Made by a program: the position numbers and the translations under genes. Under the pieces are notes generated by a model that saw nothing but the letters and a program-made list of their open reading frames with translations, searched no databases and was not told the origin of the DNA. From positions 6,944,001-7,008,000 of the forward strand of contig OZ244207.1 in the NCBI GenBank assembly GCA_965216875.1: a stretch of DNA of 64,000 nucleotides, in the 5' to 3' direction. This DNA comes from Rubripirellula sp. (lineage in GTDB: Bacteria > Planctomycetota > Planctomycetia > Pirellulales > Pirellulaceae). Below are positions 46,999 to 56,057 of this stretch, in pieces (within the stretch, counting starts at the first letter, position 1; every line of letters starts with the position of its first letter).

Positions 46999-49976
46999 TG
47001 GCAGTTTGTCACCGGCGCTTCTCGTTATTGGTCCTCGGTGTCTTCTCGCTGCTTTGCCTAGTGGGATGTGGCGGAGAATCCGAGTCGATCGAAAGTGGTT
47101 CGTCGATCGTTCCAGCGAACGCCGCCGATCCCAAGACGCCGCAGCGGGCTACCGTTTCGGATGTGGTGATAACCGTGAAGCAAGCGGTTCGAGGCAATCA
47201 ACTCGAGCAGGCATCGAAGGGGGTGCAGGATGGCTTGGTGGTGCATCCCGATTCGCCAGAGCTGCTGGAACTCGCTGGCGACATTGCCGGTCTGCGTGGG
47301 GAACCTGCGAATGCGGCTCAGTTCTATCAATCTGCTATCGATGCTCAAACGAGCCCATCGGCAGAATTGTTGGACAAGCCAGGGCGTCAATGGATGAACG
47401 CGGGACGGCCGTTTGATGCGGTCGACGCGCTTTCCCAAGCGATCAAGCACCATCCCGAGTCGGCAGACTTTCGTCAGAAAGCGGTTGGGCTGATGGCGTC
47501 ATTGGGACTGCAGTGGGAAGCGAAGGAGCACATCCAGTGGTTGGTCCAGCGCGGTCACGGCAGCGTGCCGATGCTGACGATCATTTCTGATCTGACTCGA
47601 CCACAAACCGATGCTGCAACGTGTGACTATGCGCTCAAACACTACCCTGCGGATCAGCGGCCACAGTATTCGCTTGCGAGACTTGAAGCCCAAGATGGCC
47701 GTTGGCAGCAAGTTGCAAAACGCCTCAAGTCCGTCGTCGCGAAGCACCCTGAGTTTGTTCCGGCGCAAATCTTCTACGGTCGCGCGCTGGTTGAAAGTGG
47801 AGATTCGCAAGCGGTGATTGACTGGGCGAGTGACGTGCCGGGCGAAGTCGCGGATCATCCGGAATACTGGCTGGCGGCGGGGATCTGGGCTTCACGCAAC
47901 GATCGACCTGACCAAGCGGCCCGCGCGTTTTGGAAAGCCGTCACGCTTGATGCGAATCATCCGGAAGCGCTCTCGCGGCTTGCTCAATCACTTTCGGATG
48001 CCGAAATCCCGGAAGGCAAACAGCCCATCTCAACGCGTGCTGCCAAGCTGGCTCGGCTGCGCGGCGACATTGATGCATTTCATACCCGCGGAGGTCAGTC
48101 GCAAAAAGATGCGATGAACGTTGCGGCGACGCTGAATGACCTCGGCCGCACCTGGGAATCGGTCGCGTGGCTCATCCAAGCCTTTGCGATGCGTGGGGAG
48201 ATTGCCCCCACACTGCAAGATCAATTCAAACACCAACGCGATGCATTGACCGGCACAACGCCTTGGGAAGCAACCGGAGCCATTGCCGGTTTGGACTTGT
48301 CACAGCTACCCGCGTTTCGATGGGAATCTGGGATGCAGGACTCACCCAATCATGGCTCGACAGTTGCGGATGCGTCAGTGATTCGCTTCGAGGAAGAGGC
48401 AAAAACGCGTGGTCTCAACCATACCTGTAGGGTGACGACGGCGACTAAGAAAGAGGCCGGGCTTTTTGTCTATCAGTCGGGCTCAAGTGGCGGTGCAGTG
48501 ATCGACTACGACTTGGATGGTTGGCCCGATCTCTATTTGACGAACATGGACGGGGCGCCGTTGGAACAAACGTCGACCACCAATCATCTCTATCGGAATG
48601 TTGCAGGGCGTTTTGTCAAAACAACCACGCCCGCCAATGCGATCGACAAAGGATTTGCACAAGGGGTTTCGGTTGGCGACTACGATAGCGACGGTTTCGA
48701 TGATTTACTCGTGATGAACATTGGCCGCGCGTCGCTGCTGCGAAACAACGGAGACGGCACATTTTCCGACGCGACCCATTCCGTCGGCCTGTCAGCCAAC
48801 GGATGGTTCACCTCGGGTGTCATTGCCGACATCAACGGCGATGGTTTCGCGGACCTGTATTTGACGGCCTACGTAGATGACCAACGTGCTTTCAAGCAAC
48901 CTTGCATTGACGAAGAACTTGGCGAACCCCGGTCGTGCATGCCGACACTTTTCAACGCGATGCGCGATCAGGTTTGGCAAGGCGATGCCGAGGGGAACTT
49001 CGAGAACGTTTCTAATCAGTGGCTCAAAACGCACCAGCCTGGGCGAGGTTTCGGCGTCATTGCCGGGCAAATGAACGACCAACCGGGGCTGGAGCTTTTT
49101 GTTGCCAACGACATGACGGCGAATCATTTTTGGGCTCGCGACGATGATAGTCCTACGTTCCGCCTCGTCGAGCAAGGGACAGTTCGCGGGATCGCTTACA
49201 ACGAACGATCGATCGCCCAGGCGTCGATGGGAATCGCAGCGGGCGATGCCGATGGCGACAATGCGATCGATTTCTACGTGACCCACTTTGCGGATGATCA
49301 CAACACGTTCTATCGCAACTCGGGCCGAAACACTTGGGTCGACAAAACGGCAAGTGTTGGCTTGCGAGACATCTCGATTCCGCTGCTCGGTTGGGGATGT
49401 CAATGGATCGATGCGGACAACGACGGCCAGTTGGAACTGATGGTTTCCAATGGGGATGTCGATGACTTCCAACACCAAGGACGAGAATTTCGTCAGCCAG
49501 CACAGCTCTTTTCTCGATCGGGGAATCGTTGGTCGGTGATCGATGACGAGCAACTTGGAGGCTACTTTCAGCAATCACACGTGGGCCGCGCCGTGATGAG
49601 GTTGGATGTAAACTGCGATGGTCTTACGGACATGCTTGTGACTCGTCTTTTCGATCCCGTTGCCCTGTTGGTGAATCAAACGCAGACGCAAGACCGGTCG
49701 GTGCGACTCTTCCTTCGTTCGACCACTGGCCATCGCAGTGCCGTCGGCGCTACCGTTCGAGTTCATGCGAAAGGACGCCAACACACTGCGCAGTTATTCG
49801 GCGGTGATGGATTCCACTGCAGCAACGAAAAGTGCGTGACGATTGGCTGTGCGTCAGATGACGAAGTCGAGGTCGAGGTCGTTTGGCCAGATGGAACCGG
49901 CGAGCGGTTCGGCATCGTCGAGCCCGGGAATGATTACCTCGCCATCGAAGGCGAGTCGGCCGCATTTCGTCTCTAG
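46998..49976 (+). CDS. TPR + FG-GAP + ASPIC/UnbV lipoprotein
   Basis: TGATG overlap with the previous gene; lipobox LVGC; DYDLDGWPDL, QASMGIAAGD, GGDGF...WPDG. Confidence 0.9.
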   Translation: MAVCHRRFSLLVLGVFSLLCLVGCGGESESIESGSSIVPANAADPKTPQRATVSDVVITVKQAVRGNQLEQASKGVQDGLVVHPDSPELLELAGDIAGLRGEPANAAQFYQSAIDAQTSPSAELLDKPGRQWMNAGRPFDAVDALSQAIKHHPESADFRQKAVGLMASLGLQWEAKEHIQWLVQRGHGSVPMLTIISDLTRPQTDAATCDYALKHYPADQRPQYSLARLEAQDGRWQQVAKRLKSVVAKHPEFVPAQIFYGRALVESGDSQAVIDWASDVPGEVADHPEYWLAAGIWASRNDRPDQAARAFWKAVTLDANHPEALSRLAQSLSDAEIPEGKQPISTRAAKLARLRGDIDAFHTRGGQSQKDAMNVAATLNDLGRTWESVAWLIQAFAMRGEIAPTLQDQFKHQRDALTGTTPWEATGAIAGLDLSQLPAFRWESGMQDSPNHGSTVADASVIRFEEEAKTRGLNHTCRVTTATKKEAGLFVYQSGSSGGAVIDYDLDGWPDLYLTNMDGAPLEQTSTTNHLYRNVAGRFVKTTTPANAIDKGFAQGVSVGDYDSDGFDDLLVMNIGRASLLRNNGDGTFSDATHSVGLSANGWFTSGVIADINGDGFADLYLTAYVDDQRAFKQPCIDEELGEPRSCMPTLFNAMRDQVWQGDAEGNFENVSNQWLKTHQPGRGFGVIAGQMNDQPGLELFVANDMTANHFWARDDDSPTFRLVEQGTVRGIAYNERSIAQASMGIAAGDADGDNAIDFYVTHFADDHNTFYRNSGRNTWVDKTASVGLRDISIPLLGWGCQWIDADNDGQLELMVSNGDVDDFQHQGREFRQPAQLFSRSGNRWSVIDDEQLGGYFQQSHVGRAVMRLDVNCDGLTDMLVTRLFDPVALLVNQTQTQDRSVRLFLRSTTGHRSAVGATVRVHAKGRQHTAQLFGGDGFHCSNEKCVTIGCASDDEVEVEVVWPDGTGERFGIVEPGNDYLAIEGESAAFRL

Positions 49977-50113
49977 GACACTCAACTGGCCGCATCGGCT
50001 GGGGGTGAATAAGTCACTGCCCGTATTCCTGCTAACTCATGGGCGTGTTTCAGTCGTGGCGAACTATAATCGACGGTCTTCTCACACGCTCATCCATTCC
50101 GGGGGGAACATCG

Positions 50114-52387
50114 ATGCGATCCCGATCACTTGCGATTCAGTCGCTCGATCCAAGGCTACTCTTGGCGGCCGACATGATGCCCGCCGATGTCGATCTCAAT
50201 AGCGATGGTCAAGTCACTTCCGCCGATGCCGCGATCATCTTTGAAGCATTGTCACACGGATCGAGCGATCCGACCCTCGACATGACCGGTGATGGCCAAG
50301 TGACAGCGTTCGATGCATTGCATGTCATCAACCGCATCGAAACTGCCGAGGCTCCAGCGGAAGGGTTGGCACCTCTGGTTTCGATTCAAGATGCTCAAGT
50401 GATCGAAGGCCATGCTGGATCGGTCGAATTGCGTTTTCCGGTGACGATTTCGGATGAGCCTTCGAGCGATGTGACCGTTCAAGTCTCGGTCACCAACGGA
50501 ACGGCCGAAGCGCTTCGTGTCGAACGGGTCACGAATCAGTTATTTCGTCCGATCTACGCAACGAGTGCTCCCGGGTTGCCCAATCATTTGTTCGTCGCCG
50601 AACAACGTGGTGATATCGAGGTGATCGATTTGCAAACCGGTGGCGTGCAAAGTCCCAAGTTCCTCACCATCAACGGTTTGGCCTCCGGTAACGAACAAGG
50701 TCTATTGGGGCTCGCGTTTCACCCGCAGTACGAGCAGAACCGTTTGCTTTACGTGTACCTGACCGTTTCCAATCGTGACACGGTTGTTCGAGAGTATCAG
50801 GCCAACGCAAATGGATTGACGGCGAATCCTGCGACCGCACGCACCATCATGCGTATTGATCAACCCTTCTCAAATCACAACGCGGGTTGGATGGATTTTG
50901 GTCCCGACGGTTACTTGTACATTGCTTCGGGTGATGGAGGTTCAGGCAATGATCCTCAGAACAACGCCCAGGACATCACCAACAACCTTCTCGGCAAGAT
51001 GCTGCGCATTGATGTTGAGGGAGATGACTTTCCGTCCGACGCCAACCGCAACTACTCGATTCCTGCCGGCAATCCGTTTGTCGGTGTCACGGGGGATGAC
51101 GAGATTTGGTCCTACGGATTGCGAAACCCTTGGCGCAACAGTTTTGATCGCGAAACGGGTGACCTGTATATCGCTGATGTCGGTCAGAATGTTCGTGAAG
51201 AAATCAACGTCCAGCTGGGCGACAGTAGCGGCGGTGAAAACTATGGATGGCGGCCTCGTGAAGGAACGATCCAAACGCCGTCCTCGGTTGGCGGTCCGAA
51301 ACCTCCTGGGGCAATCGATCCCATTTACGATTACCTCCATGCATCAACGTCGACAGGCGGGTACAGCGTGACCGGTGGTTACGTCTATCGTGGTCCCATC
51401 GAAGAACTGCGGGGCAACTATTTCTTTGCAGATTTCGTGAACCCACGGGTTTGGTCGTTGCGGTTCAACGGTGACGATCCATCCGTCCACAACGGTACGA
51501 ACTTCGACGATTTCACCGATTGGACGACGCTGCTGCGTCCCGATGTGAGTCAGATCAACAGTATCTCGTCGTTCGCCGAAGACGCTGCCGGAAACCTGTA
51601 TATCGTCGATCTCGGGGGCGAGCTGTTTCGCATCACCGAGGGCGCCGACTACCTTGTGCCACCGACGACAGTGACGATTCCCGCGGCGACTCAGGCCGCA
51701 GAAGTGGTCGTGCCGATTTTGGGTGACCGGTTGGCCGAATTGAATGAGACGTTCACCGTCACGCTTAGCAGTCCCAGCGAAGGTTCCATTGATGATGGTG
51801 TCGCGATCGGGACGATCATCAATGACGATGCACCAAAAGTGAAACAGGTGGTTGTCAACGGCGGCGACAACCAACGATCGATTGTCGATACGTTGGCGGT
51901 GACGTTTGATTCGCCCGTCGCGCTAGACGAAAGCCAAGGCCCAGCCTTTGAAGTGCGCAATCTCGGTCAAGACGTCGCCGCGAATCTGACCAAAACCTCA
52001 CAAGTGATTGATGGGGAAACGGTTGTCACGATTCAATTCCTATCGGGGCCGACGGTTGACGATCGAGGTGCGATGTCGCCTTCGCTTGCGGCCGGCGCGT
52101 ATCAACTGAATGTGTTCGGTTCTGCGGTCAACTTGGAAGGTGTTGCACTTGATGGAGATTCAAGTGGCGACGCAGGCGGTGATTTTCAATTCGTTGACGA
52201 CTTCTATCGCAAGTTTGGCGATGGCGATGGCAACAACGTCGTCAACTTGTTCGATTTCGCCGCGTTTCGAGGCACGTACAACCTCCCCTCGAGTGACCCA
52301 GCGTTCCTTCCGCACTTTGATTTCAACGGCGACGACAGCGTGAACCTGTTCGACTTCGCCGCGTTCCGCAACACGTTTGGAACGTAG
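50114..52387 (+). CDS. Secreted protein: Planctomycete-extracellular signal, dockerin, Calx-beta interrupted by PQQ-dependent glucose/sorbosone dehydrogenase domain, C-terminal dockerin/EF-hand
   Basis: QSLDPRLLLAAD; DLNSDGQVT..DA; EQGLLGLAFHP, NHNAG..FGPDGYLYI..GDGG, GLRNPWR.SFD, DVGQ..REE; DFNGDDSVNLFDF. Confidence 0.88.
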   Translation: MRSRSLAIQSLDPRLLLAADMMPADVDLNSDGQVTSADAAIIFEALSHGSSDPTLDMTGDGQVTAFDALHVINRIETAEAPAEGLAPLVSIQDAQVIEGHAGSVELRFPVTISDEPSSDVTVQVSVTNGTAEALRVERVTNQLFRPIYATSAPGLPNHLFVAEQRGDIEVIDLQTGGVQSPKFLTINGLASGNEQGLLGLAFHPQYEQNRLLYVYLTVSNRDTVVREYQANANGLTANPATARTIMRIDQPFSNHNAGWMDFGPDGYLYIASGDGGSGNDPQNNAQDITNNLLGKMLRIDVEGDDFPSDANRNYSIPAGNPFVGVTGDDEIWSYGLRNPWRNSFDRETGDLYIADVGQNVREEINVQLGDSSGGENYGWRPREGTIQTPSSVGGPKPPGAIDPIYDYLHASTSTGGYSVTGGYVYRGPIEELRGNYFFADFVNPRVWSLRFNGDDPSVHNGTNFDDFTDWTTLLRPDVSQINSISSFAEDAAGNLYIVDLGGELFRITEGADYLVPPTTVTIPAATQAAEVVVPILGDRLAELNETFTVTLSSPSEGSIDDGVAIGTIINDDAPKVKQVVVNGGDNQRSIVDTLAVTFDSPVALDESQGPAFEVRNLGQDVAANLTKTSQVIDGETVVTIQFLSGPTVDDRGAMSPSLAAGAYQLNVFGSAVNLEGVALDGDSSGDAGGDFQFVDDFYRKFGDGDGNNVVNLFDFAAFRGTYNLPSSDPAFLPHFDFNGDDSVNLFDFAAFRNTFGT

Positions 52388-52390
52388 CAA

Positions 52391-52561
52391 AGTCGTAGTG
52401 GACGAGGCAACGAGTCCCGTCAGAGTCGTAGTGGACGAGGCAACGAGTCCCGTCAGAGTCGTAGTGGACGAGGCAACGAGTCCCGTCAGAGTCGTAGTGG
52501 ACGAGGCAACGAGTCCTAAGGCACTCATTCGCACAGGGACTCGTGGCCTCGTCCACTACGA
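52391..52561. repeat. GTAG-type REP cluster: 33-bp tandem unit x3.8 plus one inverted copy
   Basis: AGTCGTAGTGGACGAGGCAACGAGTCCCGTCAG at 52391, 52424, 52457, partial at 52490-52516; inverted GGGACTCGTGGCCTCGTCCACTACGA at 52536-52561. Confidence 0.9.
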
Positions 52562-52573
52562 AGAACCGTATTA

Positions 52574-53515
52574 CTAGGGCTTTGCGGGTGCGAGAGCTGG
52601 TTCTTTGTCGCCTGTGCTTGCCGTTGGGACGTCGTCTGCTTCAAGGTCGCCAAGTGCGTATTGGATTCCGTCGCACATGTGCCTCAGGATGACAGGGTTC
52701 GAGAAGGTGTCTTCGCGGTGTCCAAAATTGGTATAGAAGACACGCCCTTTGCCGGCTTTGCGAACCCACGAGACGGGAACTTCGCGCGGTCCATCATTGA
52801 TTCGCTCTGAAACCTCTTTCTTGCTCATGTCGAGACTGACCAACAGTCGCAGTACTTCGGGACCTTGGTATGTTTCTGGCTTGTACTGATAGATTTCGTC
52901 TTTGTGCCAAAATCCGTTGCCGGCGAAGGCTTTGTTGAGCGTGTGGTCAGGGTCATCCAGTTTGAAAGCCCAGTTGCCGCCGGCATTCCAAGGGTGGCCA
53001 TTGAATTGTCCGCCGACCATCGCACAACATTCGGGGTGTTTGCCAAAGTTGTCGCTCGCCGCGTGGAAGCCAGCCAAGCCTTTCCCGCTTTTCACAAAGT
53101 CAACGAACGCCTTTTCATGTTCGGAAGTCGGGAACTTCATGTGCGTTGTATTGTTTAGCAAAATGCAGTCGTACTGCGCGAGGTTGTCTGGCGTGAAGAC
53201 ATCGTAGGTGTCAGCAAGATCGACTCGAAACGCGCCGGTCTGCTCGCCGATCTGTTGGATCGCATGGTTTCCATAGGGAATGGAACCGTGGATGAATCCT
53301 TCACAGCGAAAGAACATCAAGATGCGCCGTTGCTGTTTCGGTTTGGCCGTTGTCTCGCGAGGAATTGCGTCGGCAATCTTCTGTTTTTGACTGTCGCTAA
53401 GTGGCTTGAACCGAGCCGCCTTTTTCTCGAGCCAAGGATCAGGCTTTTGAGCCATTGCTTGTGGGGCGACACAGACTGAAATGAGAAGGGCGCAAACGGA
53501 GAAGAGTCGTTTCAT
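52574..53515 (-). CDS. ThuA-domain (class I glutamine amidotransferase-like) secreted protein
   Basis: Signal peptide; GFIH.SI, GKGLAGFHAASD, GGQF.GHPW, DEIY, GKGRVFYTNFGH. Confidence 0.9.
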   Translation of the reverse strand: MKRLFSVCALLISVCVAPQAMAQKPDPWLEKKAARFKPLSDSQKQKIADAIPRETTAKPKQQRRILMFFRCEGFIHGSIPYGNHAIQQIGEQTGAFRVDLADTYDVFTPDNLAQYDCILLNNTTHMKFPTSEHEKAFVDFVKSGKGLAGFHAASDNFGKHPECCAMVGGQFNGHPWNAGGNWAFKLDDPDHTLNKAFAGNGFWHKDEIYQYKPETYQGPEVLRLLVSLDMSKKEVSERINDGPREVPVSWVRKAGKGRVFYTNFGHREDTFSNPVILRHMCDGIQYALGDLEADDVPTASTGDKEPALAPAKP

Positions 53516-53620
53516 GGCGAGCATCCGTTGAAGGGTGGGTCGGCGCTTTTGCATCCGAGACAGGTGGGAAGGCCCCAAGTATACACACTCGAAAAAACGC
53601 GTTCTCGTTTGGCAATTGTC

Positions 53621-54331
53621 CTACTGAACCGCTTCGACCGTGAACCTTGCTTTTAGCACGGTGATCGGGGTGGACAGACGCCCGAGTCTCGCGGTGACTC
53701 GGCGTGTTTCGGCGATCGGGACGGGGGTGTCGAACCGGTAGTTGGTACTGTGATGAGCACCGAAGAACAGAGGGCCGATCACATCGGCTCGATAGTCGTG
53801 ACGCACCAACAAACCCGTTGAGTCAAAGTACAACGCTTGCTGTTGGCTGTGCGTGTCAGCGCCGGGTGGAAAGACCACCCCAAGGCGAGATCCACCGTCA
53901 TTGAACTGAGCCGCGCGGTTGACTCGAAGGGACTGTAACGAGAATGGAAAACTGAAATAGTCGCACAGCGCGTAGCCAAAGAAATAAGCAGCATCCTTCG
54001 GCGACCATCGACGAAGTTTCTTGAGTCCGTCGAAGGATTGCCGGTAGGCCTTGTGTCGGTCCTCACCACAGAGGATCGAGCCCGAATCAAATTCGATGTC
54101 TTGCCCGTCATCGCCCAAGGCGACAAACCTCGCCTGTTGGCGACGCGGTGAAACCTGAACTTCGGTAGGACGCCGAAACGTGCGTCCAATCCCTTTGCAA
54201 ATTGGAATCGAACCCGAAAGTTGTTCGACACGAATCGTGATCCTGTTGCATGAAGCGAATGCGTCGAGGCCTCCATGTCTCGCGATCGCCCGCTCAACAA
54301 TCTCGCCGGCTATGTCAATCTTGTTGGTCAC
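53621..54331 (-). CDS. Conserved-looking hypothetical protein
   Basis: AIARHGG...YFFGYAL...THS.QQ.LYFD..GLLVRHDY; GTG start chosen just after the ankyrin gene stop. Confidence 0.65.
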   Translation of the reverse strand: MTNKIDIAGEIVERAIARHGGLDAFASCNRITIRVEQLSGSIPICKGIGRTFRRPTEVQVSPRRQQARFVALGDDGQDIEFDSGSILCGEDRHKAYRQSFDGLKKLRRWSPKDAAYFFGYALCDYFSFPFSLQSLRVNRAAQFNDGGSRLGVVFPPGADTHSQQQALYFDSTGLLVRHDYRADVIGPLFFGAHHSTNYRFDTPVPIAETRRVTARLGRLSTPITVLKARFTVEAVQ

Positions 54332-54344
54332 GTCGGTTTCGATG

Positions 54345-54773
54345 TCAGCGAACACCAAGTTGTCGCAACAACGCGACAACTTCGGCGTAGTGTGATGGTT
54401 TGGGGAGGTCATCGTACCGACTGTAGTGACCCTCGGCTGCGCTGGTTGCCAATTCCATCGCCGTGGTCCCGCCATCGACAATCACGCCCGTGTTCGCACC
54501 ACGCGCAACCAGCAGTGAGATCATTTCGGGTTTTGCGTAGAGGATCGCGTACCGCAGCGGCGTCGTTTGGCGATCGGGATCAAGGCCTTCGATATCGGCG
54601 CCGTGATCGAGAAGCACTTCGGCGACTCGTGGTTGGTTCCACAGAACCGCACAGTGAAGTGGCGGAGGCGTCCAGTTGTCGGGGTTGGCGAGCGATCGGT
54701 TTGCCACGAGCATTTCGGCGACGCGTTGGACGTTACCGTTTTCGATGGAGGACGCGAATTCTTGTGAAGACAT
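54345..54773 (-). CDS. Small ankyrin-repeat protein
   Basis: PPLHCAV....VAEVLLDHGADI, TTPLRYAI...LLVARGAN. Confidence 0.85.
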   Translation of the reverse strand: MSSQEFASSIENGNVQRVAEMLVANRSLANPDNWTPPPLHCAVLWNQPRVAEVLLDHGADIEGLDPDRQTTPLRYAILYAKPEMISLLVARGANTGVIVDGGTTAMELATSAAEGHYSRYDDLPKPSHYAEVVALLRQLGVR

Positions 54774-54806
54774 GGTTCGAATGAATCGAGGACTCGGTAG
54801 TGCTTT

Positions 54807-54884
54807 GTAAGCCGAACGCGCTAGCGTCGGGCCTTGCACTCTTCGCGGATCGCGCAAGGCCCGACGCTAACGCGTACGGCTCAC
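54807..54884. repeat. 31-bp inverted repeat (REP-like doublet, second family)
   Basis: GTAAGCCGAACGCGCTAGCGTCGGGCCTTGC ... GCAAGGCCCGACGCTAACGCGTACGGCTCAC, 3 mismatches, 16-nt spacer. Confidence 0.8.
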
Positions 54885-54916
54885 GGACGAGCAGGACACG
54901 GATGCAATTTGCCTCA

Positions 54917-55924
54917 CTAGAACGTTGCGATCGGATTGAGTGGCGAACCGGTTCCGCCTTCGACAACGATTGGCGCGGCCGAAATCATAAACTCCCAGCG
55001 ACCAAGCTTGTCGCAGGTTTCTGCGAGCGCTTCCAAATCACAATTGTCGAAGATGTGAACGCCCATGGCGTGCAACGTAAAAACGTGAACCGGGTGAGTG
55101 ACCCCTTCGACGCCCGAGGGAATGACGTCAAGCGCCGCGTCGCTGCCCATCATCGCAACATCACGATCGCGAATCCACTGTCCGCATGATGCGTGAAGCC
55201 CGGCCATTCCTTCGGTTGACGGGTTCCACGGGCCGCGGAGAGCGCGACGCAACCATCGGCCTGTTCGAATGAAGACGACATCACCGGGTTCGATCTTCAG
55301 TCCCGTTTCCTGCTGCCAACGATCAAGTTCACTTGGCATGATCGGTGAGCCCGGTTCAAGAAACCGGATGCCTCTTAGTCGGGGGACGTCGACCAGCACT
55401 CCGCGGCTCAGGATGCCCGTTTGGACGTTGTCGATGCTGAGCTTTTCAGCTCCGGTTGGTCCAACTTCGTCGCGACCAAATCCGTTGTACATTTTGCCTT
55501 CGTAAAACAGATGGCAAAGCGAATCCATGTGAGTGTGCGCGAGGCCGTGGTAGGACACCGAATAATTGTCGACGGCCCAAGGCCCGTTTCCTTCACGACC
55601 GTTGGCAAGCATCGTGTGCTCGAACGGCTTGCCATTGTCCGCGGCTTGGCCGGTTTCCATCTTATGGGCAAGCGAAACGCTGATCCCTTTGTCGACCAAC
55701 CTAGCAGCTTGGCTTCGCTTTTGCGGGGTGATCAAGTTGAGTGTGCCCAGCTGATCCTCGTCGCCCCAGCGACCCCAATTCGAAATTTTGGCAATCAGCT
55801 GATCGACATCGCCTTTATTCTTGATGGTCGGATGTTGCGCCGCGCCGATGTTTGCGACGCAGCTGACAGCAACGAAAAGGCTCAGTCTAAGAAAGTGATG
55901 CGAGCTGGTTGTGCGGAGAGACAT
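54917..55924 (-). CDS. Cyclase-family (kynurenine formamidase-like) metallohydrolase with signal peptide
   Basis: NWGRWG.EDQLGTLN, HG..HTHMD.LCH, RGVLVD, GD.VFIRTG, GGTGSPLNPIA. Confidence 0.9.
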   Translation of the reverse strand: MSLRTTSSHHFLRLSLFVAVSCVANIGAAQHPTIKNKGDVDQLIAKISNWGRWGDEDQLGTLNLITPQKRSQAARLVDKGISVSLAHKMETGQAADNGKPFEHTMLANGREGNGPWAVDNYSVSYHGLAHTHMDSLCHLFYEGKMYNGFGRDEVGPTGAEKLSIDNVQTGILSRGVLVDVPRLRGIRFLEPGSPIMPSELDRWQQETGLKIEPGDVVFIRTGRWLRRALRGPWNPSTEGMAGLHASCGQWIRDRDVAMMGSDAALDVIPSGVEGVTHPVHVFTLHAMGVHIFDNCDLEALAETCDKLGRWEFMISAAPIVVEGGTGSPLNPIATF

Positions 55925-56057
55925 GTCGCGAGGCCTTTGGCTGTAACCGTCTGTATCGCTTGCATGAAGCTTTGAAGGTCGTGATTTGGGAAACCAATGG
56001 GCTCGAATATACAATGCAAAGTGCGGCAGAGCGAAACAAACGCCACGGATTTGACTC

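Noticed and set aside
52391..52516. Possible CRISPR array
   Set aside because: Units are identical head-to-tail with no unique spacers, there is an inverted copy, and no cas genes; it fits a REP array
52160..52577. ORFs with repeating peptides (VVVDEATSPVR, TGLVASSTTTL)
   Set aside because: Translations of the 33-bp DNA repeat, not plausible genes
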